This document shows positions 48,825-58,887 of a stretch of 64,000 nt of DNA, one piece after another. Made by a program: the position numbers and the translations under genes. Origin of the DNA: an uncultured bacterium (lineage in GTDB: Bacteria > Krumholzibacteriota > Krumholzibacteriia > Krumholzibacteriales > Krumholzibacteriaceae); contig CAWFAD010000005.1 of assembly GCA_963813815.1 (NCBI GenBank), positions 32,001 to 96,000 on the forward strand. The letters run 5' to 3'. Each line of letters opens with the position of its first letter. Positions within the stretch are counted from its first letter, which is position 1. A model generated the notes under the pieces. That model was not told the DNA's origin. It saw only the letters and a list, made by a program, of their open reading frames with translations, and ran no database searches.

Positions 48825-50126
48825 ATGGCCGATCCCGGTCGGGGCAACGAGCTCGAGCGAATAGCGAAGGAGAACGAACGCCTTCACAGCGCGATCGAGG
48901 AGCTCTCGATCCTGAACGACATCGCCGTCGCAACAGGCTCCACATCCTCCCTCGATCGCATCATCGAGCTCATCGTCCGCAAGTGCATCAAGCACCTCAG
49001 GGTCGAGCAGGCCCTCATCACCCTCCTCGACACGAAGCAGAACGGCCAGCAGTTCCGCACGATGATCCGGAGCGCCGATAGCTCGCACGAGATCCGCCCG
49101 TACCGCCTCGACGCCGAGATCGCCGGCTGGATGCTCAAGAACCGTACGACGCTCATCGTGAACGACCTCGCGAGCGACGAGCGGTTCCAGATGAGGAACG
49201 CCGACGACTACCACGCGCGCTCCGTGCTGAGCGCCCCGCTGCTCCTCAAGGGCCGCATCATCGGGCTTCTCAACCTCTTCAACAAGCGCACGGGGGATTT
49301 CTCGGAGACCGACGCGCGACTCCTCGGAATCATCGCCGCCCAATCGGCGCAGATCATCGAAAACGCCCGCCTCGCCGCCGAGGAGCAGGCCCTGCAGCTC
49401 ATGCAGGAGGAGATGCGGCTCGCGTGCAAGATTCAAACGGATCTTCTCCCCAAGGAACCGCCCCTCGTCCCCGGATACGACATCGCGGGCACGAGCATTC
49501 CGGCGAAGATGGTCGGCGGCGATTACTTCGACTTCATCAAAATCGACGATCGCTCGATCGCCCTCTGTCTCGGGGACGTCTCGGGCAAGGGCATGCCCGC
49601 GGCGCTCCTCATGGCGAATCTCCAAGCGACGCTGCGCGCCCAAACCGCCGTCTGCACCGGTCCGAAGGAATGTCTCGAGCGCTCGAACGCCCTTCTCTAC
49701 CGTAGCACCGACGCGGACAAGTTCGCTACGCTCTTTTACGGGATCCTCGACACGGAGGCCCACCGCCTCACGTACGCGAACGCCGGGCACAACTACCCGA
49801 TGCTGCTCAAGGTCGGGTGCGATCCGGAGCTCCTCGAAACGAGCGGCCTCGTTCTCGGCTGCCTCGAGGACTTCCGGTACAGCGAGGGGGCGATCGATCT
49901 CGCGAAGGGCGATCTCCTCCTCATCTATTCCGACGGCATCACCGAGTCGTTCAACGTGAACGAGGAGGAGTACGGCGAGGAGAAGCTCTCGGGACTGCTC
50001 CGCGAGCAATGCGGCAAACGGGCTTCCGAGATCATCGAAACGATCGTCGCCTCGGTGCGCGCGCACGCCGCCGCCGCCCCTCAGTCCGACGACATAACGC
50101 TGCTCGTCATCAGGCGGGAGTGCTGA
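48825..50126 (+). CDS. GAF + PP2C (SpoIIE/RsbU-like) phosphatase
   Basis: GAF region (APL..GLLNLFNK..FSETD); VGGDYFD, GDVSGKG, NAGH, YSDGITE, DDITL. Confidence 0.92.
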   Translation: MADPGRGNELERIAKENERLHSAIEELSILNDIAVATGSTSSLDRIIELIVRKCIKHLRVEQALITLLDTKQNGQQFRTMIRSADSSHEIRPYRLDAEIAGWMLKNRTTLIVNDLASDERFQMRNADDYHARSVLSAPLLLKGRIIGLLNLFNKRTGDFSETDARLLGIIAAQSAQIIENARLAAEEQALQLMQEEMRLACKIQTDLLPKEPPLVPGYDIAGTSIPAKMVGGDYFDFIKIDDRSIALCLGDVSGKGMPAALLMANLQATLRAQTAVCTGPKECLERSNALLYRSTDADKFATLFYGILDTEAHRLTYANAGHNYPMLLKVGCDPELLETSGLVLGCLEDFRYSEGAIDLAKGDLLLIYSDGITESFNVNEEEYGEEKLSGLLREQCGKRASEIIETIVASVRAHAAAAPQSDDITLLVIRREC

Positions 50127-50144
50127 AACGAGGCGCGTCACGGC

Positions 50145-50558
50145 ATGAAGACATCGTTGCGGAGAAGCATTTCGGCGGTCGATGACCTCTTCGCCTTCAT
50201 CGACCGCTTCGCCGCGACGCACGCTCTCGACGAGGAGGTTCTCTTCGCGATCCGCCTCTCCGCGGAAGAGCTTTTTACGAATCTCATCCGCCACAATGCC
50301 GGGGGCGGCCCCGCCATCGACGTCAGTCTCGACCGGGAGGAGAACCGGCTCGTCATTCGATTCATCGATTTCGACGTCGATCCCGTCGCCATCGATCACG
50401 ACCGGCCGCTCGGATTGGACCTGCCGCTCTCCGAACGAACGCCGGGGGGGCTCGGCATTCATCTCGTGAAGAACATGGTCGACCGTCTGACGTACGAATA
50501 TGACCACCGGACGTTTCGCGTCACCGCGATCAAGAATCTGGAGGACGTGCATGTTTGA
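50145..50558 (+). CDS. RsbW-like anti-sigma/ATP-binding kinase
   Basis: EELFTNLIRH, GGLGIHLVKNMVD. Confidence 0.85.
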   Translation: MKTSLRRSISAVDDLFAFIDRFAATHALDEEVLFAIRLSAEELFTNLIRHNAGGGPAIDVSLDREENRLVIRFIDFDVDPVAIDHDRPLGLDLPLSERTPGGLGIHLVKNMVDRLTYEYDHRTFRVTAIKNLEDVHV

Positions 50559-50835
50559 GGCCACTCGCGGCAATTCGGGCGTGCTTCGCTTCGTGGGGCG
50601 CCTCGACGCCTCTCAGGCCGGCAGGGCCCGGGCGGAGCTCGACGGGATATCGGAATCGTGCATGATCGATTGCGCGGCGCTCGAATACATCTCGAGCGCA
50701 GGCCTCGGCGCGTTGCTCGCAACGCAGAAACGCCTGAGCGACGCGGGGCACACCCTGACGCTCGCTCATCTCAACACGCACATACGGGATATATTCCGCA
50801 TCGCGGGGTTCGACGCCGTCTTTCCCATCGAATAG
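50551..50835 (+). CDS. STAS-domain anti-anti-sigma factor (RsbV-like)
   Basis: GRLDA, LEYISSAGLG (phospho-Ser), IFRIAGFD. Confidence 0.9.
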   Translation: MFEATRGNSGVLRFVGRLDASQAGRARAELDGISESCMIDCAALEYISSAGLGALLATQKRLSDAGHTLTLAHLNTHIRDIFRIAGFDAVFPIE

Positions 50836-50910
50836 GCTCATCTGCGCGGCGCGCGCGAGCGAGCGCCGGGCGGGTTTATTTTCGAAAGCTCTCAATCAGC
50901 GGCATATTTT

Positions 50911-50940
50911 CGCCAACTATCGCGCGGCCTGCTGGTAGTT
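50911..50940 (+). promoter_or_regulatory. ECF-type promoter upstream of the ECF sigma (autoregulatory)
   Basis: CGCCAAC-N17-GTAGTT; identical elements and spacing at 52262-52291. Confidence 0.7.
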
Positions 50941-50980
50941 CATGCGAACGGGGCAGCGTATGTGGAAGGCGGCCTCACCC

Positions 50981-51478
50981 ATGGATCGGGAAACCTTCGA
51001 GGAGGCGGTCCACCGGTACAGCAAGGCCATCTTCAACGCGGCATACCGGATCGTGAACGATTACGAGGATGCAATGGATATCACGCAGACGACATTCGTA
51101 AAAGCGTACGAGCGGCTGAACCGCTACGACCCCTCGCACCATATCTTCAGCTGGCTCTATAAAATCGCCGTTCACGAATCGATCAATTTCGCGCAGCGCA
51201 AACGCCGCATGGTGCCGCTCGAGAATGATCTCGACCCCGCTCCCGATGCGTCCGACGAGGCCTGCATCCAGAACGAAACGAGCGAGCGGATCCAGCGCGC
51301 GCTCATGACCATCCCCCTCGATTACCGGACGATCATCGTGCTGCGCCATTTTCACGATCTCTCCTACGCGGAGATCGCGGCCATTCTCGACGTTCCGGAA
51401 AAAACGGTCAAATCGAGGCTTTTCACCGGGCGGCGGCTCCTCAGGGATTCGCTTCTCAAAGCGGGGTATGCGCCATGA
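50981..51478 (+). CDS. ECF RNA polymerase sigma factor
   Basis: DAMDITQ..FVKA, SWLYKIA, LSYAEIAAIL..TVKSRLF. Confidence 0.93.
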   Translation: MDRETFEEAVHRYSKAIFNAAYRIVNDYEDAMDITQTTFVKAYERLNRYDPSHHIFSWLYKIAVHESINFAQRKRRMVPLENDLDPAPDASDEACIQNETSERIQRALMTIPLDYRTIIVLRHFHDLSYAEIAAILDVPEKTVKSRLFTGRRLLRDSLLKAGYAP

Positions 51479-52242
51479 ACGAAAAACGCTGGCTGGAACT
51501 CATGAACGGAGAGCTCGACGGCGCCAACACGCCGGAGGAGAGCTCGGCGCTTCGCGCCCACCTCGCCTCGAGCGAAGAAGCGCGGCGGCGATTCGACGAG
51601 CTCGGCCGAATGGCCCGGATGTTCGCGGACGCCGGCGAGGTGAAGCCGCCGGCCGCCATGGAATCGAGGATCATCGACGCGATCGCGGCGCGCGACGACG
51701 CCGCCGGACGCGACCGCGGTTTTCTCCTCGATTTCCTGGCTCCGCGCCGGAAGATCGCCTACTCGTTCGCCGCGGGCATCGCGGTCGGCGCCCTCATATT
51801 CGTCATCATCTACCATGCGCTCGGCGGCGGCAATCAGCTCGACGTGAGAGATCTCTACGGCTCGCTCGCGGAGCGCGAGCGGGCCGGCGCCGTCCTCGAC
51901 GCGCGATCCGTGGAGATCGCCGCGCCGGGCTGCACCGGCTCCGCGGCGGTCCAGTACCGCGACGAGGCCGTCATCGTGGGCGTCACGATCGACGCCGACG
52001 CCGGCGTCGAGATCGGAATCGCCGCCATCACGAAGCTTTCCCTGCGGAGCTTTCAGGCGCCGGCGTGCGGCGACTACACGCTGCGCGGCTCCGGGAAGGG
52101 CATCTCCGTCGGCCTCGGCGGCCGGTGCGAGTTCGTCGCAGTGTTCGGCGACACGCGCCGCGAGCGCCCGCCCGTGCGCGTCAGCGTCACGAGCGGGGAA
52201 CGCGTTCTGTTCGAGCGGACGATCGAGCCCGCGCGGGAATGA
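51475..52242 (+). CDS. Transmembrane anti-sigma factor (degenerate zf-HC2-like N-terminus)
   Basis: ATGA overlap with the sigma; ELDGANTPEE..HLASSEEAR (HxxxCxxC Cys lost); single TM; extracytoplasmic beta domain. Confidence 0.75.
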   Translation: MNEKRWLELMNGELDGANTPEESSALRAHLASSEEARRRFDELGRMARMFADAGEVKPPAAMESRIIDAIAARDDAAGRDRGFLLDFLAPRRKIAYSFAAGIAVGALIFVIIYHALGGGNQLDVRDLYGSLAERERAGAVLDARSVEIAAPGCTGSAAVQYRDEAVIVGVTIDADAGVEIGIAAITKLSLRSFQAPACGDYTLRGSGKGISVGLGGRCEFVAVFGDTRRERPPVRVSVTSGERVLFERTIEPARE

Positions 52243-52261
52243 GAGCGGCTCCTCATTTTCC

Positions 52262-52291
52262 CGCCAACCTTTCGCCCGCCGGTTTGTAGTT
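52262..52291 (+). promoter_or_regulatory. Second copy of the ECF-type promoter
   Basis: CGCCAAC-N17-GTAGTT upstream of the repeat protein gene. Confidence 0.7.
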
Positions 52292-52363
52292 GGGATGAAA
52301 GAGGGACACTCAACAGCATGATTCGCATTCGATCACGGATTGTTTTCCGAGAGGAGGTTCGAG

Positions 52364-54511
52364 ATGGCAAGGGGAAGATTCTTGCTCGGCGGAATCGTGA
52401 TTATCGCCGTTGCCGCGATCGCGTATTTCGCCCTCGTCTACCAGCCCCCGTCGAAGGATGACACGACGGGCGCAATCGGAACGGCGGGCAAGTACCGCTC
52501 CGAGCAGATCAACGAGCAGGACGTGGTGCTCGCGGACGCGGATTACGCCGCATCCCCTGAGTACCGGATGACCGCGGAAGAGGCGGCCGCAATCTTCGAG
52601 CGGGCCACCCCCGCGCTCCGGACGGAGCTCGCGCAGCGCGCACCCCAGTTCGAGCGGGCCGAGCTTTTCGCCAAGATGACGCCCGCGGAGCAGCTCGCGC
52701 TGTGGAAATCGATCCCGGCGCAGGCGCGCGTCGATCTCTACGCCCGCCTCGGACGCCCGGCGCAAGCGGATGTCGCTGAGCGCTGCGGATTCGCCGTCGA
52801 CGAGTACAACCGGGCCGCGGCGACGACGGAAGCGCGCGCCATAATGCTCGCGCGGATGCCCGAAGTCGAATGCGCGCGCCTCTTCGCCGAGGCGTCCGTT
52901 CAGGAGAAGGCGTCGTTCGTCGCCCTCGCGCCGGCGGAGCGTCAGGTGAAGTGTCTCGAACGCCTCGACTTCGAGAAGAAGGCCCGCATGCTCGAGCGCG
53001 CGACGCCCGAAGAGTTCGCGGCGATCCTCAAGAGCTGCGCCCCGGCGGAGCGGGCGGTCATCTTTTACCGCTCCACCCCCGTGGAGAAGGCGCAGGCCTT
53101 TCAGAGCGTGCCGGTCGAGGAGCGGATGAGATTCCTCCAGAGGCTCCCCTCGGCGGAGCTCGCCAAGATGTTCGCCTACGCGACGCCGCAGGAGCGCGCG
53201 GAGTGCTTCGACAAGCTCGGCGCCCGCGATCGCGACGTCTGCCTCGCCAAGATGAGCATCACGGCGGAGGCGTGGACCAAGCTCCCCGTGCACGAGCGGA
53301 GCCGCTTCATGATGGAGCGCCTCGCCGCCGAGGAGCACGGCAGGCTCGCGTCGGCGGCCATGGACCGGACGGCCGCCATGTTCGAGCGCGCCGGGTTCGC
53401 GCAGCAGGCCAAGGCCCTCGATCTCGCCTCGCTCGAGGAGCGGGCGAATTTCACGGCGCGGATCGCCCCTGATCAGGCGGCCAAGGTCGTCGCGAGATCG
53501 GTCGATCCGGTGGCCGATTTCTTCGGCCGCGCTCCGGAGGCGGAGCTCAGCGCTCTCATGAAAAACGTTTCGGCGCAGGAAAAGGCGACTTCCTACTTCG
53601 GCAAGGCGACCCCGCAGGAGCAGGTCGCCATGTTCGAGCGCCTGCCGCAGCGCGATCAGGATGCGTTCCTCGCCCGCGCCAAGGCGACCATGCAGGAGAT
53701 CAAGGCGCTCCCGCTCAAGGAGCGCGCCGATCTCATAGCGCGGCACGCCGCCGTTCAGGAGAAGGCCTCGTGCGTCGATCTCGCCCCCGCGCGCGAGCGC
53801 GCATGCCTCGCCCAGCGCCTCGATATGGCGGCTCGGCGCGATCTCGCCGGCCGGATGTCGCTCGCCCAGCAGGCCGAGTTCGTCGCCCGGGCGTCCGAGA
53901 TCAACCAGGCCTTTATGGCTCAGCGCGCGACGATGGAACAGCGCGCCGAGATCTATGCTCATGCGTCGCAGCCCGAGAAGGAAGCCCTCCTCGCGCGCGC
54001 GCCCGTCGCCGTGTATGCCGCGCTCCTCAAGAACGCCGCCGTCGCCGAGCGGGCCGATCTCTTCAAGCTCTGCAAGAACGACCTGCGCGTCGAGCTCTTC
54101 GCGCGCCGCACGCCCGAGATGCAGCGCGTCTTCTTCGAGCGCACCGGCGTTCGGCCCGACGTGTACGAGCGCGAATCCGCGCCCGCGAAAGCCGAGATGC
54201 TCGCACGGGCGAGCGAGGCCGAGATGGCCGCGATGGTGGATCTCGCGACCGCGCAGGAAAAGGCCGCTCTCTTCGCTGATCTCCCCCACGCCGAGCGCGC
54301 GAATTTCATGCAGGCCGCGCCGGTCGAAGCGAAGGCGATCATGATGGACGGCGCCACGTTCAAGGAAATCGCCTCCATGATCGGCCGCGTCGCGCCGGAT
54401 GAAGCGGCGGGCGTTTTCGAGCGCGCGTGGGCGACACTCGATCGCTCGACACCTATGATGGATCGTTCGTCGTCGCCGGCGCAGGAGCGTACGTCGGCGA
54501 TAAAGGAATAG
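52364..54511 (+). CDS. Membrane-anchored alpha-helical protein with about 12-aa tandem repeats
   Basis: GAGGAGG RBS; N-terminal TM; repeats such as ATPEEFAAILKS/CAPAERAVIFYR/STPVEKAQAFQS/VPVEERMRFLQR. Confidence 0.85.
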   Translation: MARGRFLLGGIVIIAVAAIAYFALVYQPPSKDDTTGAIGTAGKYRSEQINEQDVVLADADYAASPEYRMTAEEAAAIFERATPALRTELAQRAPQFERAELFAKMTPAEQLALWKSIPAQARVDLYARLGRPAQADVAERCGFAVDEYNRAAATTEARAIMLARMPEVECARLFAEASVQEKASFVALAPAERQVKCLERLDFEKKARMLERATPEEFAAILKSCAPAERAVIFYRSTPVEKAQAFQSVPVEERMRFLQRLPSAELAKMFAYATPQERAECFDKLGARDRDVCLAKMSITAEAWTKLPVHERSRFMMERLAAEEHGRLASAAMDRTAAMFERAGFAQQAKALDLASLEERANFTARIAPDQAAKVVARSVDPVADFFGRAPEAELSALMKNVSAQEKATSYFGKATPQEQVAMFERLPQRDQDAFLARAKATMQEIKALPLKERADLIARHAAVQEKASCVDLAPARERACLAQRLDMAARRDLAGRMSLAQQAEFVARASEINQAFMAQRATMEQRAEIYAHASQPEKEALLARAPVAVYAALLKNAAVAERADLFKLCKNDLRVELFARRTPEMQRVFFERTGVRPDVYERESAPAKAEMLARASEAEMAAMVDLATAQEKAALFADLPHAERANFMQAAPVEAKAIMMDGATFKEIASMIGRVAPDEAAGVFERAWATLDRSTPMMDRSSSPAQERTSAIKE

Positions 54512-54538
54512 TCCCGGCTTGAGCGGGACTCTCGCCGG

Positions 54539-54574
54539 GTCCGCGGGGGATGGAAGATCTCCACCCCCGCGGAC
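54539..54574 (+). terminator. Strong GC hairpin after the repeat protein gene (terminator or mRNA stabiliser)
   Basis: GTCCGCGGGGG(A)TGGA / TCCACCCCCGCGGAC; only a weak U-tail. Confidence 0.6.
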
Positions 54575-54611
54575 GCCTTATTGAGACGCGGCTTTATAAT
54601 AGCCTTATAAC

Positions 54612-57601
54612 ATGCTGGTATTACATATGTTAAAACATCGCGCGCGTCCGTCGACCTGCGGCTTCGCGATTCTTCTTTTTCTCTGCGCCTTTCCGCTGCG
54701 CGGAATGGCGGCGGAGCACGACGTCGTCTACAAAACGATCGAGACCGAGGATCTCAGGCTCGCCTACTACGATTCGAGCCACTACTATATCCTGCCGCAT
54801 CTCGCCCGCTGCTTCGAGAACTCGTTCGCGTTCCACAAGCGGCTCTTCCGCTACCGCCCGAGCGGCAAGGTGACGATCTCGTTCCAGGATTTCGACGATT
54901 ACGGGTACGCGGGGACGACGACCATACCCTTCAACTACATCACCCTCGGCATCGAGCCGTTCGAATACGTGTACGACACCTGTCCGACGAACGAGCGCAT
55001 GAACTGGGTGACGAACCACGAGCTCGTCCACGTCGTCGCGTCCGATCAGGCGACGCGCGGCGACCGGTTCTACCGGAAGTTCTTTCTCGGAAAGGTGCCT
55101 CCGACGGACGAGGATCCCGTCTCCATATTCTACAGCTTTCTCACCAACCCCCGCCGTTACGCGCCGCGCTGGTACCACGAGGGCATCGCCGTGTTCCTCG
55201 AAACCTGGATGGCCGGCGGCATCGGACGCGTCCTCACGGGTTGGGACGAAATGGTGTTCCGCACGATGGTCCGCGACGGAAGCTTCTTCTATGAGCCCGT
55301 CGGCCTGCAATCCGAGGGCACGGCGATCGATTTCCAGATCGGGCAGGTCGCCTATCTCTACGGCACCCGCTTCGACTCCTATCTCGCCTGCCGCCACGGG
55401 CCCGAGAAGCTCATCGATTGGGTCCGGCGCGAGGACGGAAGCTGCCGCTACTACGCCTCGCAGTTCAAGAAAATATACGGCGTGCCGCTCGACGAGGAAT
55501 GGAAACGCTGGATAGAGTTCGAGCGCCGGTGGCAAGGCGAGAACCTCGATTCGATACGCGCGTATCCGGTCACGCCGGCGCGCGTTCTCTGCGACCGGCC
55601 GCTCGGCTCCGTATCGCGAGGCTTTTTCGACTCGGCGACCCGCACGCTCTACGCGGCCGTCAACTATCCGGGGGAGTTCTCGCACATCGCGGCGATCGAC
55701 GTGGATCGCCGCGCGATACGCAAGCTCTGCGAAATCTCGACCCCCGCTCTCTACTACGTGTGCTCGCTCGCCTACGACGACTCCTCGCGCACGCTCTTCT
55801 TCACCACCGACAACAGCCGCACCTTCCGGGATCTCAACGCGTACGACCTCGACACCGGCGAGACGAAACGCCTCTTCAAGAACTGCCGCACGGGAGACCT
55901 CGCCCTGAACCGCGCCGATCGCTCGCTCTGGGGCGTGCAGCACCACAACGGCTTCTCGTCGCTCGTCCGCTTCGAGCCGCCGTACGGAAACGGCCGCGAG
56001 GTTCTCCGGCTCGCCTACGGCAAGGATATCCTCGACATCGATATCTCTCCCGACGGGAGATATCTCTCCGGCACGCTCGCCGAGATCAACGGCGATCAGC
56101 GCCTCATTCGCATGGAAACGGCGAAGCTCCTCGAGTGGGACAGCTCCTACGAGGTCCTCTGGGAATTCGAAAACAACCCCGCGCAAAACTTCGTCTTTTC
56201 CCCGGACGGCAGGTATCTGTTCGGGACTTCCTACCAGACCGGCGTTTCGAACGTTTTTCGGTTCGATTGCGAAACCAAGGACATGGAATGCGTGAGCAAC
56301 GTCGAGACGGGGCTCTTTCGCCCTCTTCCGATACGGGGGGATTCCATCATCGCCATGAGCTACACCGGAAGCGGCTTCGTCCCGGTCATGATTCCGGATG
56401 AGCCGATCGAGGACGTCGCTCCGGTGCGGTACCTCGGGCAGGCCGTCGTCGAGACCCACCCGATCGTCGCGGAATGGAAGCTCGGATCGCCGCTTTCCGT
56501 CAATCTCGATTCCATCGCCGCGGGGCCGCGCCGGTGGAGCGCCCTTCGCAGCACGCGATTCGCGTCCCTCATTCCGATCGCCGAGGGATACAAGACCTCC
56601 GCCGCCTTCGGCCTGCGGGCGGATTTCATGGATCCTCTCTGGCACAACGGATTCGACGTTTCCGCCACCTATTCGCCCGCCGAGGCTCTTCCAGACGATG
56701 AGCGCTTTCACGCGAAGCTCAAGTATCAGAACTGGCGCTGGACGATTTCGGGGTCGTACAACAGGGCCGATTTTTACGATTTCTTCGGCCCCACCCGAAC
56801 GAGCCGCAAGGGATACTCCCTGAGCGCGCAGTACAAGGGGTATCCGGTCTCCGACGGGCCGAGGTCGCTGCAGTATACGCTCGGCGTCTCGGGCTTCTGG
56901 GGTCTCGAGCGGATGCCGCTCTACCAGAACGTGCCGACGACCTACGACCAGTTCTATACGCAATCGGCGGGGCTCAGCTACCGGAAGCTCCGCGGCACGA
57001 TCGGATCCGTCGAAGCCGAAAAAGGGGTTCTCTGGAGCCTCGGCGCCGGAATACGTCCGTCCGCACCGTGAACTACCCGAGCGTTCATGCGACGCTCGAC
57101 CTCGGAGCGCTCCTGCCCATGGATCATTCATCGGTGTGGCTCCGCCTGGCGGGCGGCCATTCATTCGGCGACGCGAGGAACCCTTTGCCAACTTCTACTT
57201 CGGCGGATTCGGAAACAACTATATCGACCACGCCGCGTCGGTCAACCGCTACCGCGAGTACTACAGCTTTCCCGGGCGTCGAGCTCAACGCGATCGGCGG
57301 CACAAATTTCGGCAGGGCGCTCCTCGAATGGACGATCCCGCCCGCGCGGTTCAAGCGGATCGGGGTTCCCTCCCTCTACGCGAACTGGGCGCGGCTCGCG
57401 CTCTTCGCCTCGGGGATCGCCACGGATATGGAAAGCGACGAGCACCGCAGAACGCTCGGCAACGCCGGCGCGCAGGTCAACGTGAAGCTCGTTCTGTTTT
57501 CTTCCCTTGAATCGACCTTATCGCTGGGGTACGCTCGCGCCTTCGAAGAAGGCGCCGAGACGAGCGATGAGCTCATGATATCTCTCAAGATTTTGAGGTA
57601 G
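54612..57601 (+). pseudogene. Zincin-like + beta-propeller + C-terminal barrel OM protein, interrupted by three 1-nt frameshifts (pseudogene or sequence error)
   Basis: NHELVH..WYHEG; ISPDG/FSPDG repeats; coding sequence passes through ORFs 54612..57071, 57068..57601 and 57136..57510 (PFANFYFGGFGNNYIDH). Confidence 0.7.
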
Positions 57602-57653
57602 GGCCGGCATCGGGCCCGCGGCGGAGGCCCGACCGGCGATTCGACCCGGCACG

Positions 57654-58673
57654 GTGACGATGATCCTCGCGTTCTCACGATACGTGGCGAGCGTTCTGCC
57701 CGTCGTAGCGTTTCTCGCCGCTCTCGTGCTGCTCGACAGCTTCAAATTGGTGCGATTCCGCTCCGTGGCAATCGCCGTCGCCGTCGGTTTCGCCGCCGCC
57801 GCCGCGAGCTTTTTCGCCGGATCCCTCTCGGCGGGGAACGGAGCGATATCGATCGACGTCCGCGCCCGCTATCTGGCTCCTCCGATCGAGGAGCTCCTCA
57901 AGATCGTCTATCTCGGCTGGCTCATGCGAACGAAGCGGATCGGCTTCATGGTCGACGCGGCCATTTACGGTTTCGCGATCGGCGCGGGATTCGCCATCGT
58001 CGAGAACGTCTATTTTCTGCATACGCTCTCATCCCCGAACGCCCTCCTCTGGATCATCCGCGGTTTCGGCACCGCCGTCATGCACGGCGGGACGACGGCT
58101 CTCGCCGGCGTCATCGCCGTGAGTCTCCTCGAGCGAAGCGCGGCGCGCGGAATCGCGGCGCTCCTCCCGGGCTTCGTTCTCGCGACGCTCATCCATTCGG
58201 CCTACAACCACTTTTTTCTCTCGCCGGCCCTCTCGGCGCTCGCCATCATCGTCGCGCTTCCGCTCTGTATGATCGCAGCCTTTCGCGAGAGCGAGCGGGA
58301 ACTGCGGAGATGGCTCGGCATCGGCTTCGATTCAGACCAGCAGCTCCTCGAGATGATCGCGACGGGACGGATCGCCGAAACGCGCCTCGGCCATTATCTG
58401 CTCTCTCTCAAATCGCGATTCCCCGGCGAGGCTGTGGCCGACATGCTCTGCATCGTTCGCCTCCACGTGGAGCTCGCACTCAAGGCGAAGGGGATTCTGC
58501 TCATGCGGCAGGCCGGCTTCGACGTGAAGCCCGACCCCGGCGTGCGCGAGACCTTCGAGGAGCTGCGATATCTCGAGCGCAGCATCGGGAAAACGGGGCT
58601 CCTCGCCCTCGACCCCATCCTTCACTGGTCGACGCGCGACCTCTGGCAGCTCTACATGCTCAAAAAGCGATAG
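57654..58673 (+). CDS. PrsW-family intramembrane glutamic protease
   Basis: PPIEELLK, GFAIVEN, AVMH, IHSAYN in a multi-TM protein. Confidence 0.85.
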   Translation: MTMILAFSRYVASVLPVVAFLAALVLLDSFKLVRFRSVAIAVAVGFAAAAASFFAGSLSAGNGAISIDVRARYLAPPIEELLKIVYLGWLMRTKRIGFMVDAAIYGFAIGAGFAIVENVYFLHTLSSPNALLWIIRGFGTAVMHGGTTALAGVIAVSLLERSAARGIAALLPGFVLATLIHSAYNHFFLSPALSALAIIVALPLCMIAAFRESERELRRWLGIGFDSDQQLLEMIATGRIAETRLGHYLLSLKSRFPGEAVADMLCIVRLHVELALKAKGILLMRQAGFDVKPDPGVRETFEELRYLERSIGKTGLLALDPILHWSTRDLWQLYMLKKR

Positions 58674-58736
58674 GCAAGCCTTGCGGATATATCCGGCCCA
58701 CGATCGACGTCAAGAGCCCATGCAGCGATAAAAAAA

Positions 58737-58809
58737 TGAGCCGCCCGAGGTTCGAACTCGGTACCCCCTGCTTAAAAGGCAGGTGCTCTACCACTTGAGC
58801 TAGCGGCCC
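58737..58809 (-). tRNA. tRNA-Lys (TTT), CCA not encoded
   Basis: GGGCCGCTAGCTCAAGTGGTAGAGCA-CCTGC-CTTTTAA-GCAGG..GTTCGAA..GCGGCTCA followed by a T-run. Confidence 0.95.
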
Positions 58810-58887
58810 ATCACGTTCATCAAATTTTGCTCTGCGCCCTGCTCCCGGCATCTCCTCCGTCGCCCCGGATCGTCTGTGCGGGAATCG

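Noticed and set aside
54581..54640. AT-rich TTATAA/AACAT..ATGTT elements upstream of the OM protein gene as a specific operator
   Set aside because: Probably promoter sequence, but the spacing is ambiguous and no convincing second copy or regulator could be assigned.
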